Positions 12,113 through 26,509 of a stretch of 64,000 nucleotides of DNA are shown here, one piece after another; the first letter of the stretch is position 1; every line of letters begins with the position of its first letter. The position numbers were made by a program, and so were the translations under genes. The notes under the pieces were generated by a model. That model ran no database searches, was not told the DNA's origin, and worked only from the letters and a program-made list of their open reading frames with translations. The stretch is from Octopus sinensis (taxonomy: Eukaryota), in assembly GCF_006345805.1 (NCBI RefSeq), contig NC_043009.1, positions 46,686,001 through 46,750,000 on the forward strand. Reading direction: 5' to 3'.

Positions 12113-13435
12113 TGTTTCAAAACGTTACTTACATTTTACTCAGCCTGATATAATCTTTGTTGCTGCTGTTAAAACAATGGTTAGTTTTATTTCGTGTCTG
12201 TTATCAAAAAACCACTGCAAGCATATTTTGGAGTTAGAGTTTTTGGTGTTTTGGGTAAGCTTGTAATTCTTGTGTAAAGGTATGCTTGATGAACTCATTT
12301 TTGCTGTGTAGACTGGAGCAACGTGAAATAAAGTGTAGTGTCTTGCTCAAGCACACAACGTGTCCCCTGGAATTGACTCACGACTTTGCGATCCTGATAT
12401 CACCTCCATAGGAATACTTTTCTATGATTTTGATGAAATAAGCTTGCTTATATATGAATTAAAAAGAGAGGATGAAAGAGGCTATTATGTGACACAGTTT
12501 TGGAGATTATAATTTCTATATTCCTCGTGATTGTATATTACACAGGCTTGATGATATAGGAAATTTTTGTTTCACCAGTGTCTTTTATAGTTCCTCAATG
12601 TGATTGTCATTTATATGGATAACATGAGATGTAGTACAAAACCAGCTGGTATCTGCTACTAGTTGCTTTGCTTGTTATTGAGGCCACCATTTAATCTTTG
12701 TAGAGTAACGTTTGTACAAAGTAGACTTCAATTCAGCTGTGACTAGAAAAACCGGAATGTTTATAGTTTGGGGAAATAAAGAATAAAATTTCCTTGGAAT
12801 TTGAGTAAATACATTGGTGGATAACAGTCTGTGAGAACCTATATTAGTAAGATTTTTTACTATTACAGTTATTACAGATATGTAAATGTGATCATTCAAG
12901 TAAAACTGTATGATTAGGTGGTTATGTATCATCTTCGTATAACTTTTGGTGATTGATATTTGAAAGGTGATTGCTGGAGTACGGACATATTACCTGAATT
13001 AGGTATTTTGAAAAACTATGGCATGACATGTTACTGTGGATAATGTGGCTATGATTATGCATAACTTTACTTTTTTTTTTTGTAGTCTATTCAGAATGAA
13101 AATATTTATTAGTTGATGAATTTGACTTATATTTCTCTTGTAATTAGTGTCAGTGTTTTTATCTATAGTGTTTATCAGGCCAGCTATGTCAGTTTAGTCT
13201 TATGTTGACTTATTTTGATTTACGAAAGGTTTTACAATCATGATAATGTATTTACTGCATTATCTGTGCTGGTAATTGCGGTAATGTCAAATGCTAAGAA
13301 TGAACTGCTGCAAGCAGTTACATCAGGATTTTTTAAAGTGAAGATAGTTTTGTAATTTTGACTGATGTTTTGTAATTTTGCTGCTGATATAGTGATTCAA
13401 ATAGAGGTGTTGGTAAGTTATTTAGGGTGTTTTTA

Positions 13436-13968
13436 CTTGGCACTCCGTCGGTTACCTTGACGTGGCCCCCAGTGGATTCGATCAACAGAACAGCCTGCTC
13501 ATGAAATTCCACAAACACATGTACCTTAAACGTATTTCTCAGATTCAGTGACACAAAGTGTTACAATGATGGCTCACTGAAATACAGTTACAACTCATTT
13601 TTGCGAGCTGGGTGGACTGGAGCAGCGTAAAATAAAGTGTCTTGCTCAAGCACACAACGTGTCGTGGGGAATTGACTCGCGACCTTGCAATCCTGAGCCG
13701 AATACCTATTTCTTTATTACCCACAAGGGGCTAAACACAGAGGGGACAAACAAGGACAGGCATAGATATTAAGTCGATTACACCGACCCCAGTGCGTAAC
13801 TGGTACTTAATTTATCGACCCCGAAAGGATGAAAGGCAAAGTCGACCTCAGCGGAATTTGAACTCACAACGTAACGGTAGCCGAAATACTGCTAAGCATT
13901 TCGCCCGACGTGCTAACGTTTCTGCCAGCTCGCCGCCTGAGCCGAATACTTTAACCACTAAGCCACAC
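13436..13968 (-). mobile_element. tRNA-derived SINE (shares 3' half with the 39810-40200 SINE), host of a nested SINE
   Basis: Minus-strand head GTGGCTTAGTGGTTAAAGTATTCGGCTCA; 3' end AACCGACGGAGTGC matches the end of the 39810-40200 copy. Related fragments at 12290-12395 and 33640-33865. Confidence 0.8.
13706..13937 (-). mobile_element. SINE family B (GGCGGCGAGCTGGCAGAA...GACTTTGCCTTTCATCCTTTCGGGGTCGATAAA), full length
   Basis: 12-bp TSD TGAGCCGAATAC (13694-13705 / 13938-13949). Near-identical to 20455-20680 and 56854-57084. The central block resembles the Meta-type SINE core (from memory, unverified). Confidence 0.9.
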
Positions 13969-15543
13969 ACCCTTAGGAAGTAGAAGGAGTTAATTTGTAA
14001 TATTATTTGCTCACTGTACTGGTTCTGTAACATGAAGTGTAGTCTACAATGAAATATACCTTCCTTGGTGTTTGGCTGTTTCATGATGTTGTTTAGTGAT
14101 TAGCATCGTGGATATAGTGCTGCGTTTCGTTGTTTGCTTATATTTATATCAATGTATTTCATGTTGCTGGGTGTTATTTTAGATATAGCATTTTTTAATG
14201 TACTAGCGAATGTTATTAATGTCCAATTATTATTATTTGCGTGTATGGGTAATGCGCATGATTTTAAGTATATTATAATATATTCGCCTTAATGTGGCCT
14301 GTCTAAAACACTGAGATTGTATTTAAGGACTTGCAGAACTAGCTTCATGTATTTTTGCTATTGGATACCGCGAGTATTTATAATTTTATTTTCTATAAAA
14401 GTGATTTCAGAGCGTTGGTGTCATCTTGTAATAGTCATATTTTAGTGTAGCTTTTGTAGTCAAATAATCGTTATCATTATCAATAAAATTTATTGATGTT
14501 GCTATGTAGTTGTATTTTTCATTGCGACGTGCACAATTTTGCAATATTAGTTGTCGTTTTTGTTTAAACCTAGTACTTCTCTGATTGATCAAGATTAAAA
14601 ATACATGAATTTGATTAAAGGTATTACACCCGCGGAAATCCGACCTTTGTTTTTTTATTCACACAAGATATTTAGGATACTATAATCCAAATTAATTTTC
14701 TTAAAGTTTTTATAATGTGGTTTTACGAGAATAGCTTTGTCACTGTTTCCCGCGGTGGGTGCCGCTGTTACTGTGTTTTAAATCGACTGTGAACAAGTGG
14801 GCATATGTTTCCACATAGAAGGCATCGCGGTTATTTGCTTTGTTCTGGTTTGTGTCAGGGCACTTTGACATGAAATGAAGAGCGATAGATTTGATTGTCT
14901 GCGTTTCAACTTTATTGTAATTTCAAATACGTTTAATTGAGCTTTTGCTGTATTGTGTCGGTATATTGTATGTTTGTAACTTTTGTGATAGAAGAGTTGA
15001 ACCTTTTCGACGAACTCTTTGTATCGAGGCCTCCACCTTTTTTTCTCGTGTTTCGCTTTGATCGTTGTGTCGATGTCTTTATACTTTAATATCTACTTCT
15101 CGTCATTCGACCGACTTTCTAGCTGTAAACAGTCTACTGTTTTGTTTCAGACAACCTGTCTCCAGGCTGCACTATATACTCTGTAAGTTCTTTTTAAGGC
15201 AGTAGTGGGTAACAGTGGAGAGAAACTGAGCGATTAATTGTAGCAGATCGTTTGATGACATAAAAAGTTGCTCCGCTGAATTCAATTCGAAAGGTTGATT
15301 GATGAAGAGAATAGAAGAATCCATACACTAAACAATGTGTCCCTGATAGCCAGCATTTTGAAATATTTTTACTATGCTTCTTCCATATTTTAATAAAGGT
15401 AAAATTAGGAAGAGAAAGTAAGAGAAAGAGAGAAAGAGAATGCAAATAAGCGTGACTGATATTTCTAGAAAGCCAAGCATTCTCAGAAAAGCAATGGAAT
15501 TTTGTAACCAGTCGTCAACGTCTCTCTCTCTCTCTCTCTCTAA

Positions 15544-15593
<50 letters not shown>

Positions 15594-15839
15594 TACAGCG
15601 ACCTCGAACCCGCAAGAGTAAACAAGAGAGATATTATTTTAACATTTTCTACCTTGCCTTTTTTTCTATATATATCAACTCGTGTGTTCATTTTCAACCT
15701 TCTACACACACACAAACACACACACAACACACACAACACACACACACACACACATATGTATATGTCTTAGTCTCTCTTTCTCTTTGACCCAATCTCTTTC
15801 CCCCTTCCACATTCTCTTTCTATCTGTCTAATTGTCTTA

Positions 15840-16735
15840 AAAGTATTCACTAAATTAACAGTATTGATGAGCCATGTTTCATGCGGCCAGTTTCTCGAAA
15901 ATCGTTGTCCATACCTGCCTTCGAATATGACTAGCTACTCTGGTAGGCAAATTAAGACGAATAGATTAGATTGCAATGTTAAAAACTAGCTAGAAGAGCT
16001 CTGCATGAAATTTAGATAATACTTGTCCCACAGCTGAAAACACGTGAGCACGATTCAAGTCTTTTATACCACACTCTTTATCAAAACCTCACATACTACC
16101 TCTACATAGCATCTAAAATTACATTCCAGTCCTCTGCTACCCCTACCGAGAAAAATGATCCAAGGAAAGTCCCCAGAAGTCCGCAGAATCTGGCTCTCCA
16201 AACACCTGTTAGGGTATAAATGGTCACCAGTTTGAAAGCGCTGACATTTCCTCTACTGTTACCATCTAAAGCCCCTAGCTTACCTTCCGGGGCGATGATG
16301 ATTGTACTCGTCTTCTAGATCCGTATCGTTCCTAAAAATCACTGACACTCTAGTTGGAACGAGCCGACTGAAAAAGGCATGGATCAACAAAAGTAACTCT
16401 AATCTACTAATATCTACTACATCCAGATATAGCGACCTGAGATTGTTTATCATGTGTCTCTGATACCACATCTACCCCCATTCGATGTGCATCTATGCGA
16501 GGTACTCATATTTCCGGCATATTAGATTGCGAAATAATGGGGGGAAATTACTTTGTTCAAGGTATTGGTAATCCAAGTGTCTTCAGCTTGAGGGATACTT
16601 CGTTCTGTAAAGGAAGTATCCCAAGCACGTCACGAGGAACTCCTTTCTGAGTAAATTCATGGTATCCCCTATATCAGCAGTCCTTCTGTTTTTAACTATG
16701 AGAGGAATTTCTTTACTTCCCGCCCCATCTGCCTT
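15840..16735 (-). mobile_element. L1/Tx1-type LINE fragment: start of ORF2 with AP-endonuclease domain
   Basis: Minus strand MPEI*V..IDA, HMINNLRSLYLDV, then PEGKLGALD..FKLVTIYT..FLG..EDWNVILD (the GDWN..LD APE motif). Confidence 0.75.
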
Positions 16736-18524
16736 TTTTTTTTCTCTCTTTTTGCGTGTGAATGAAATGCATTAACTCACTGTTGGTCTTCCGAATTGCA
16801 ATGACAGTGCAGAAAACTAATTGATACTGCAGCTGTTAATTCTACTATTATTGATATTCTTGTCTGTGTAGCCACCTACTGTGAACTGCGAACAGCTTAT
16901 CATGCAATGTACCTTTTAACTCAATTCTCCTATCAGTTACTCTCACACAATGCCGTCAAGAATCTAAAATTCCATTCTAGCCACCCAGTAACACCGAGTG
17001 AAATGCTCCTGTTCAGTGTTGTTACTGCTCTTGATGTTGCTATTGTTTTTTTACCTTTTTTGGTTTCATTTTTTGTATCTTCTGCTATTGCCGTAGTTGT
17101 AAATGATGATATTTCTCTTCTTGTTATTGTTTTTATTATTGTCGTCTGAAAACATCAAATATGCAACTTCAAGCAATATAGATTTCTCTTACAATTTTAC
17201 TCGAAATAACCCACATTATTCTCAGCTGATTACAAACTACAGGGAACGTCTGTCTATTTTACTTAAAATATGTATGTTGCTCTTGTAGCGACAGCTAAAA
17301 TATTACAGTTGTTTCAACAGAAAAATTTATTACGTAGCGATTTAAGGCTGATTCAGAAATTCCTATAGAATTTAAACGATATGTAAAATTGAAATCCTAA
17401 AAGAACTCATGAATCCCTATCCCAGTGCGACTTCTGCGTTACCCTATACCTGCAACAATCATCAGAATTTCTCACATTTCATTATTTGCCAGGATTTCAT
17501 AACACAAGGAGCATCCATACAACAGTTAACGCCTTGGTTTCACTGCATAATAACAAAATGCAAGCACATGATTAATTCTAACATGTGCATTCAAATGCAC
17601 CGAAAAGAAAAAAAAGACTGACGCCGATCCTAAGCTGTATCTTAATATGGTGCAACTGAAAGCTGTGTTGTTCTTAAGTGGGTCACGGCTAGAGATTTCA
17701 GTTTACTTACTAATGTCAACGACCTACAAACTACATTCAGCTTTAGCAGCCTAGCTGCTTGCAACTAGTAAGTTTCTATTAATAAACCAGAGCATATCAG
17801 TTAAAAACTGATTCACGCTGTCTCATCTATAGCTTGTTTGTTTGCCTGCTCAACTATCTCTCAGGGACTTTGTTTCTTTTCCTACGCAGTCTTTAACAAG
17901 AAATTGCAAATTAAACTTACAGATGACGTTTGTCTAGTTAGGATTACTTCCGATTTTTGTTCTCTCTTTTGTTGTTTAATATAAATTATTCTTAACTTGA
18001 CACAAGTTTATATACACGTTTAACAGAGCGGTACATTTATTGCGCCATCTGTCGTATTTTCTTGATGGCATTATCTGTAGGTATCAAAGAAAATGGTTTT
18101 ATATCGAGCATCAGAAACAGTATTTTGAAGTTGATATCTCTTTACGGTACCCGTCGGTTCGTTCAAAATAAAAGCATTCAATCAAACTTTTTAAAGGAAA
18201 AGGTTTTCAAAGGGTTAAATATTGGAATAGTGTCATTCTGTTTCATACAATGTAGATATGCTATAGATATTGGAATATGTTACATAAAATTGATATGTTA
18301 CTCAAACGCAAACACTGAAGTTTGTTGAAGGAGGCAAATGCTATTAGTACTGAATACCACGTCTTCTGAAGGCAATCAGCGAACTGTGTATATCTATGGT
18401 AGTGATGTAAATAAAAATCAGTTGCGTCACTGATCATTAAGATCACTCGGGTAACTTATTCCAGCGATGTTCCCTGCCATTCTACCGCCTCCACCTAACT
18501 GAAAAGCTCTCTTTCTTTCAATTG

Positions 18525-18604
<80 letters not shown>

Positions 18605-18609
18605 AGAGA

Positions 18610-20066
18610 AGATTACTCACCTCAATTTTCGAGAACCCCGATAGTTTCAGGCTTCTCAAAAGGCACTTCCAACAGCTTTTTATTAACCCATTCTTTTAAA
18701 AGATCCCCACACCGTATGGGAATTTTTCCCTTATAGTTTTATAAACGTTTGACGATGTTTTAATTAATTGGGGGGTTCGAGGATGAAATCCTCAAATTCC
18801 TTTCCTTCTGTCTTTATTTTGTTTTTGTTTTGATTTACAAAATCCATCAATAATTCCCTGTTGCACTTGTTCACAACAGTGAAATTGATGGATGCATTTC
18901 GTCTACAGTCTGATGAATATTCTTGTTTTTGAAGTTCGGTAATTGGTCGTTTCTGTTTCTGTGATGTCATGCTGTTGTTGATTATGTTGCTGTTTTTGAA
19001 GTTGTTATTCTTGTTCTTGTTTTTGTTGGAGCGGTTGTGAATTGTGTTGCGGTTGTGGCCTCAGTATATCCTTTTGTTAAGTTCTTGGAGTAGGGCTATG
19101 GACTCTCCTCCTCTTTCGTCTCCCCACTTTTGTCACTGTCGTCCATTAATCGTTCAACTCTTCTTTCTCCATATCATTGCTGTTGAAGTTGGTTTAGGAA
19201 GTAGAGCATTCAGAAGGAGCTTGCTTTACCGTGGAAACCGGGGGGTAGACTCCTTATTTGTCTCGGTTTGAGAGTGGGTGTTTGCGTGGGTGTGAGTGTA
19301 GGTGTAGGAGTCTTGAGCATTTGTTCATGATTTTGCGTTTGTTGTGTTTGTAATGTTGGCAGCAGTGAAGTTTAGTTTTTTCATATTTCAGAACAGAAAG
19401 CCTTTTAGTGAGTTACAGATCCACGTATGTGAAATCTTGACTTTCTACACTCCACTAACACTGACAGGTAAATACCATCCAGGAGATCGATTAGATTGGG
19501 CAGCTGGTCGATATGGTCCTGCTTACATTGTAAGGTCAGTTCCAAACCTATATCTAACCAGTTTTGCTTAGGTATTATCTTGACCGCCAATATTGTCACT
19601 TCGTTTCCTTCTAAATCTGCCAAGACGGCCGCCACTAACCAGGTGATGGATATTTCTGGCGGCAATTCTTCCGTCCCAAATCTCACCTCAGGAGTTCCAA
19701 ACTTCTTTCCTCGGGTTATGTGAGCCTTCTGTTTCCATACGTGCCTGAGGCATTTTTGTATTTCGTTTTCAGGAGCATTTTCCACTCCACGTGATTTAAC
19801 TGCGATGCAGCGGTATGTGACGGTGCATCTTAAGATGTTCTCTAACACGTCTGATGGAGGGATTAGAGCTACCTTTCTCTCATTCCTTTTTACAATTTTC
19901 CTGGCCACTTTTAGATCGTCTTCATCTATACAGAAATCTTTCTAATCGCAAAAAGATATCTGCTTTGTAGAGGAGGCTGCTGTGGAGGCGCTGGGAGTGG
20001 TGATATTCACGTTTCTAAATTTCACTTTGTAAGTATCGTTAGCACTGTTGTTGTTTTTGTTGTTGT

Positions 20067-20104
<38 letters not shown>

Positions 20105-20410
20105 TTGTTGTTGTTGTCATTGTCGTCACCGAAAGTTTTGACATTACTAAGAGTCGAAACAGTATTCACCTCGGTGACGTAATTAAATATAGGCCATTCT
20201 ACATTTATGTTCTCATTTTCTTCGACAAAAGAACGTGTTCATTTGTCGAACATTATGGTGGCTTCTTCATCAACCATCTGAAACTCAATAATGAAAACAG
20301 CAAAATATTATTTTTTTCCCCGAAAGTTAAGATTTTAAAATATATTGATGCAAAATACAAAATAGGGTGGGAGCTTCTACACAAAAATACGTAGTTAGAA
20401 AGAACTTATT
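18610..20410 (-). mobile_element. Decayed L1/Tx1-type ORF1-like region homologous to the 10410-12044 element
   Basis: ORF 19405-19908 contains HITRGKKFGTPEVRF..LPPEISITWLVAAVL. It ends ECRKSRFHIRGSVTH*KAFC, a decayed CX2CX4HX4C knuckle. Confidence 0.7.
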
Positions 20411-20454
20411 TCTCTTTATTTTCCGAAAATCATTAACGTTTAAAATTCTATATA

Positions 20455-20680
20455 TATTTCTTTACTAACCCCCGGAGGCTAAACATAGAGAGGACAAACA
20501 AGGACAAACAAAGGGATTAAGTCGATTACATCGACCCCAGTGCGTAACTGGTACTTAATTTATCGACCCCGAAAGGATGAGAGGCAAAGTCGACCTCGGC
20601 GGAATTTGAACTCAGAACGTAGCGACAGACGAAATACCGCTAAGCATTTCGCCCGGCGCGCTAACGTTTATAGCAACACT
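20455..20680 (-). mobile_element. SINE family B copy
   Basis: Near-identical to 13706-13937. Confidence 0.9.
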
Positions 20681-21224
20681 CTATCTTGACCTTAGTCACA
20701 ATTCCATCGTATTCTTTTTCTTCTCTGGTGTTCTCGCTCTCTCGCTTACTAATAACGGTAGTCTTTGTCTTTCACCATCCCTCTCTTCTATCTCGGTGAA
20801 TGTTTTTATTTGTTTTGTTTTATCGGCAGTAAGAATCGCTACGCTGGCAGCATTCTCTCGGCAGTGATGCTCCACCCTCATCCACGCCCTCCTCCTCCTC
20901 CTTCCCTTGTGTTGAATAACTTCCTCACTTCCGTGTTTACGACCACTTCTAAGCAGTCCTCTCGCTCTCCCTGTCGATTCGTCTTCCTTATTTCACGAGA
21001 CATTTACCACCTGTATTGTGATAAAGAGGAAAGACCTCGCACCAACTTATCTAAGCAGGACTGGGTGTATAGCAAATAGCTTGCTTACCAACCACATGGT
21101 TCTGTGTTCAGCTCCACTGTATGGCACCTTGGCAAGTGTCTTCTGCTATAGCTTCGGGCCGACCAAAGCCCTGTGAGTGGATTTGGTAGACGTAAATCGA
21201 AGGAAGCCTGTCATATAAATAAGA

Positions 21225-21855
<631 letters not shown>

Positions 21856-22044
21856 TGTATCCTCCCCATTTTCTTATTTGCCTTATAAATCGTGGATAAA
21901 TTTCTACACTCACCCATACCTAATACCCATTTGCGATATTGCCATGCAATAGTAAGCACTTGGTTATAAGTAATTAGGTACACATCCAGTTGTATATTGG
22001 ATATTTAATATCCGTTAGACAGTTTCTTATCCTCTAACTCCTAC

Positions 22045-22086
<42 letters not shown>

Positions 22087-22474
22087 AATAATGAAGGGTG
22101 AAATTAATTAATTTGGAATAATTATCAATTACACCAAGTAGTCTTCGGCATGTAGTCTTCTCTTACCTGTTTGTGTCTGCCTTCCAATTGCTGTTTTTAC
22201 TGAGATCTCCCTTTTTAGTAGAAGAAATAGCTATAACCCTTTGACTGCTATTTCTAAATTCGGTATGTGGTAAGGCAATTCGTTGCTAAACCCTTTATTG
22301 CTTATATATATATATATATAATATATATATATATACATATATATTTTCTTTTATTATTTTACTTGCTTCAGTCAATTGACTGCGGTCATGCTGGAGTACC
22401 ACCTTGAAGGGTTTTAGCGGAACAAATCGACCCCAACATTTATTTCTTTTAAAACCTAGCACTTATTCCATCAT

Positions 22475-22511
<37 letters not shown>

Positions 22512-22529
22512 CATATATGTGTGTGAATT

Positions 22530-22925
22530 GCTGTGTGGTAAGAAGCTTGCTTTCCAACCACATGGTTCCGGGTTCACATGATTCCGTGGCAGCTTGGGCA
22601 AGTATCTTCTGCTATAAGCTAGGGCGGACCAAAGCCTTGCGAGTGCATTTGGCAGACGGAAACTGAAAGAAGCTCGTCGTATATATATATATATAATATA
22701 TATATAACAGAATGAAAGTATATATATATATATGCGTGTGTTTGTCTGTATGTCTGTGTTTGTACCCCCACCATAGTTTGTCGACCAATGTCGACCTAAC
22801 GGCTCAGAATAAGAGACCGACAGAATAAGTACTAGGCTTACTAAGAATAAGTCCTGGGGTCGATTTCTTCGACTAAAGGCAGTGCTCTAGCATGGTTGCA
22901 GTCAAATAACTGAAACAAGTAAAAG
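22530..22925 (+). mobile_element. SINE family A, near full length, with internal (TA)n
   Basis: tRNA-like head GCTGTGTGGTAAGAAGCTTGCTTTCCAACCACATGGTTCCGGGTTCA; tail ...ACTGAAACAAGTAAAAGA. Other copies at 21060-21215, 36616-36900 and 61312-61744. Confidence 0.85.
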
Positions 22926-22939
22926 AATATATATATTAT

Positions 22940-23890
22940 GGTGTGGTTGCATGTGGTGTGGTGTGGTGGTGTTGTGATGTGGGATAGGCGAGAGTGGGGG
23001 AAGCAAGGGTGGGGTGTAGGTTAGGCTGAGAGTGAGGCTAGAAGTGGGGTATGTGGGAGTGGGTGTAAGGGATGGGTAGGAGTAGATTATGTAGGGGTGG
23101 GTTTACTAGTGAGGGGTTACGATGAAGGAAGAGGGAAAAGGGAGAAGATGGGTAGGAGTGAAGAGAAGAGAGAAAGAGAATTGGAGTGAAGTTGGAGCAA
23201 GAGATGAGAGGTGGGTGGGAGGAGGTACGTGTGAGAGAGAGAGAGGAGAGGTGGGAAGGTTAGATGAAGAGGGGAGGGAAGTTGAGCCCATGTAGCGCAA
23301 AGCAGCGAAGAGAAAAGATTAATCCCTGTTCACGGCGAAGACGGGAGTCCGGATGGCCCCTGTGCAAGGACAATCCGAACACAGACAGGTGTTGCAAAAA
23401 ATGACTAGTAGAGAGGAAATGGCGCGAGACCGGGATGTGATTGCTGAGTCGGATGTCTCGGCGGTGTTCCGCGAACCGGTCAGCCAAGGGGCGTCCCGTT
23501 TTCCCGATGTATAGAGAAGGGCAGACAGAGCAGGAGATGCAGTAGATGACATTGGTAGAAGTGCAGGTGAAGGAGTCGGTGATATGATAGGGTCGATGAT
23601 GGGTGCCGATGAGGAGGGTGTGTTGGAGAGGTAAGGGCAAGTGGGGCAGCGTGGACGGGAGCAGGGGAACGAGTCGGGGATTGGGAGGTTGGGTTAGGGA
23701 AGAAGCTTGGGACCAAGAGGTCTCGTAGGTTGTGGGCTCATTTGAAGGAGTGCAGGGGTTGGTTATGGGAAGATGTGCGAAGCGGAGTGGTCGAACTGGA
23801 GCCGCCGGAAGGCTCGGAGAATGGTGCGTTGGAGAGGTAGGAAGGTGGGGTGCTAGGTGAGAGGAAACGGGAGACGGGAGACGGCGGGGC
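22940..23890 (-). mobile_element. Penelope-like element 3' end: intact-looking GIY-YIG domain plus pyrimidine-rich 3' UTR
   Basis: ORF 23260-23892 contains FTCTSTNVIYCISCSVCPSLYIGKTGRPLADRFAEH..PVSRHF..RLRREQGLIFSL..HGLN. Confidence 0.92.
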
Positions 23891-24775
23891 ATATATACAT
23901 ATGTATATATACATATGTGTGTGTGTGTGTGTATTGTCGTATTACTCTTTTAAATTGATTCAGTCGTTGGACTGTGACCATATTGGGGCGTGGCCTTGAA
24001 AGGTCTTAGTATATCTATTCTATCGGACTCTTTGGGCGGACCATAACGTGGCAAACAGACTTAAACCACTTTTTTATCCCTTAGAGAAAAGTAAATTACA
24101 AAGACACACACGCAAGCACACATACTCACGCACGCACGCGTGCACACACGCATACACACACACACACACACACACACAAATACACAAACATTCACACGTT
24201 TTGTTGACGACGTGTTTTCGAACGGTATTCGTCACGCAAATATTTTGCTGACCCGGGGTTCTATGCATTGGTATTGAACCCCAAACCATGTGGTTGCGAA
24301 GCAAGCTTGTTATCCACTTCTTGATATATTTGTGTGTTTATGGTTTGCTTATTGCCTGTGTGTTGCGTATTGTGCACGTGTGTGTTCATTGTTTAACTAA
24401 ATTATAGAAATATTATGGATGCCTTTTGCCAAACGCATGATTTTTGTTTTTGTTTTGATTTTTGCATTTGTTCTTTTTTTTTACTTTTTTTCTTCAATTC
24501 CATTCATTGCAAGCGAAGAAATTTAACAAGTACGTTACAATGACCCACAAGGAAAGGTCATCGTCATATAATATGAAGCAAAATACGTCTGGGAGTAAAA
24601 TGATAAGCGTAAATGACTACAGCGAAGTGGAAGTGCAGCAAGTGCTAAGCTCTATTAACTCATTAAATACATACAATAAACAACGCAAAAATGAAAAAAA
24701 CTCGGGAAATCCATACGCAAAGATGAGTGCTTCATACATTTCAAAACAGCTGCAACATGTGTGCATGTATGTATG

Positions 24776-24832
<57 letters not shown>

Positions 24833-24942
24833 TATATAATATATATATATAGATATATATATATATATAGTATGTATATATTATATTATATATATATATA
24901 ATATATATATATATACATACATATATATATATATATATATAG

Positions 24943-25016
<74 letters not shown>

Positions 25017-25801
25017 CCTCCTCATCATCATCATCCTTTAACATTCTTTTCCCATGCTGACATGGGTAGGACGGTTTCACAGTAACTGACAAGTCAGAAA
25101 CTGCACCAACTCTGCGGTCTGCTTTGGTATGGTTTGCTATGGGTGGATGCTCTTCCTGATGCCAACTCCTTTACAGAGTATACTGGATGCTTTTTTACGT
25201 GACACCAGCAGCTATGAGGTCACCAAGTAAATTGCAGGAGACAGCTCCTCAACTGGTGGGACAGAGAAGGTGTTTTGCCTTGCATTAGAAAGCAGATATG
25301 GCTGCCTCAAATAGAGAAAGAGTAAAGAGTAGAGAAAGATGGCGAAGATGTGATGGGAAGGGAGTATGGGCGGTGCATCTAAGTTGCAAAGAGTCTATAT
25401 AGTGGGGAAAGGAGAGGATGATTAGGTGGGTGGGTTCACAAGATTGTGAAAGGAGTGGAAGTGAGAAGATGTAATGAGAGGCCACTGATAGGGGAAGAGA
25501 GTGTTAAGTGGATATGTTGTGAGGAAGGGATTTTACAGGGACATATTTGTATGTGAGGAAGAACAGACAGGAGAGGAAGGAGCGATAGTGGGGAAGGGGT
25601 AGGTTATGGGGAAGAGGGGAATGGACATGGACATGAACAGATGCATGCATGGTCATCTGATTTAAAAATTCGCAATGAGACGGTTTGGGTTCAGTGTTAC
25701 TGCGCAGCACCTAGTCGAAATGTTTTTTACGCACTCTAGGCCCGGGCCGACTAATGCGGTTTGGGTAAATTTGTTAAAACGAAATTCTATAAAAGCCCAT
25801 C

Positions 25802-25852
<51 letters not shown>

Positions 25853-25893
25853 GGCTTTCATAGAGCCCCTATAAGATTAGATTTCTATCTCTC

Positions 25894-26017
25894 CACCCTG
25901 AAGATGGAGGTCGGATTTTACCTAATACTTAAATGCTTATTGTTGCATATCCTTGACTTTTGCGAACTACAGCTGCCAGCATTAGTAATTCTGAGCCTCT
26001 AGAAACAATTGTCGGAC
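25894..26017 (+). ncRNA. Candidate type I hammerhead ribozyme with ~85-nt loop II
   Basis: CC-CTGAAGA-TGGAGG...CCTCTA-GAAA-CAATTG-TC-GG. The core is intact, stem III is palindromic (ACAATTGT) and the site is GUC. Stem I is short. Confidence 0.5.
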
Positions 26018-26509
26018 CTGTAACACCTTACCTTCTCCCCTTAATTTATTGTCTTTCTACATCGTGTTAGTTTGCTCTGTTAATATATATATTTATTTAT
26101 TTATTTATACATGAATAATTATCGACTGAATGTTTTCAGTCTTTATTTACTCTTCATTTACATGTATATATGTATGTGTAGGTTATATATATGTAACCCA
26201 ATCGGTTTTATTTGTTTATTTGCATCATTATCTCCATATTTCTCCATGTGGATTCCTCTTATAGCCACTCTTTACCCCGTGGACTTAGTAATTCAGCTGA
26301 TCATATAACATAATCCTCACCATCACACTACCTATGTGTTTAAAGATTATCATACCGTTTTAACTACATATATCAGTTTCTGCTTAGGCTCCTGTACTTA
26401 TTACACATGCTTATAATACCAATCAGCTATTTACTTTTTCCTATACCTAAACATGTTTTTGGAGTCGTATATATACGCGTTAAGCTAAATATTATATGCA
26501 CTCTCTTCT

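Larger units (their letters stand above)
12400..14300 (-). mobile_element. Heavily decayed Penelope-like RT region interrupted by SINEs
   Basis: Weak thumb/linker-like pieces (KPFRKS near 13230; STNVFTQIPRKF in ORF 12675-12932). Boundaries are approximate. Confidence 0.4.
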
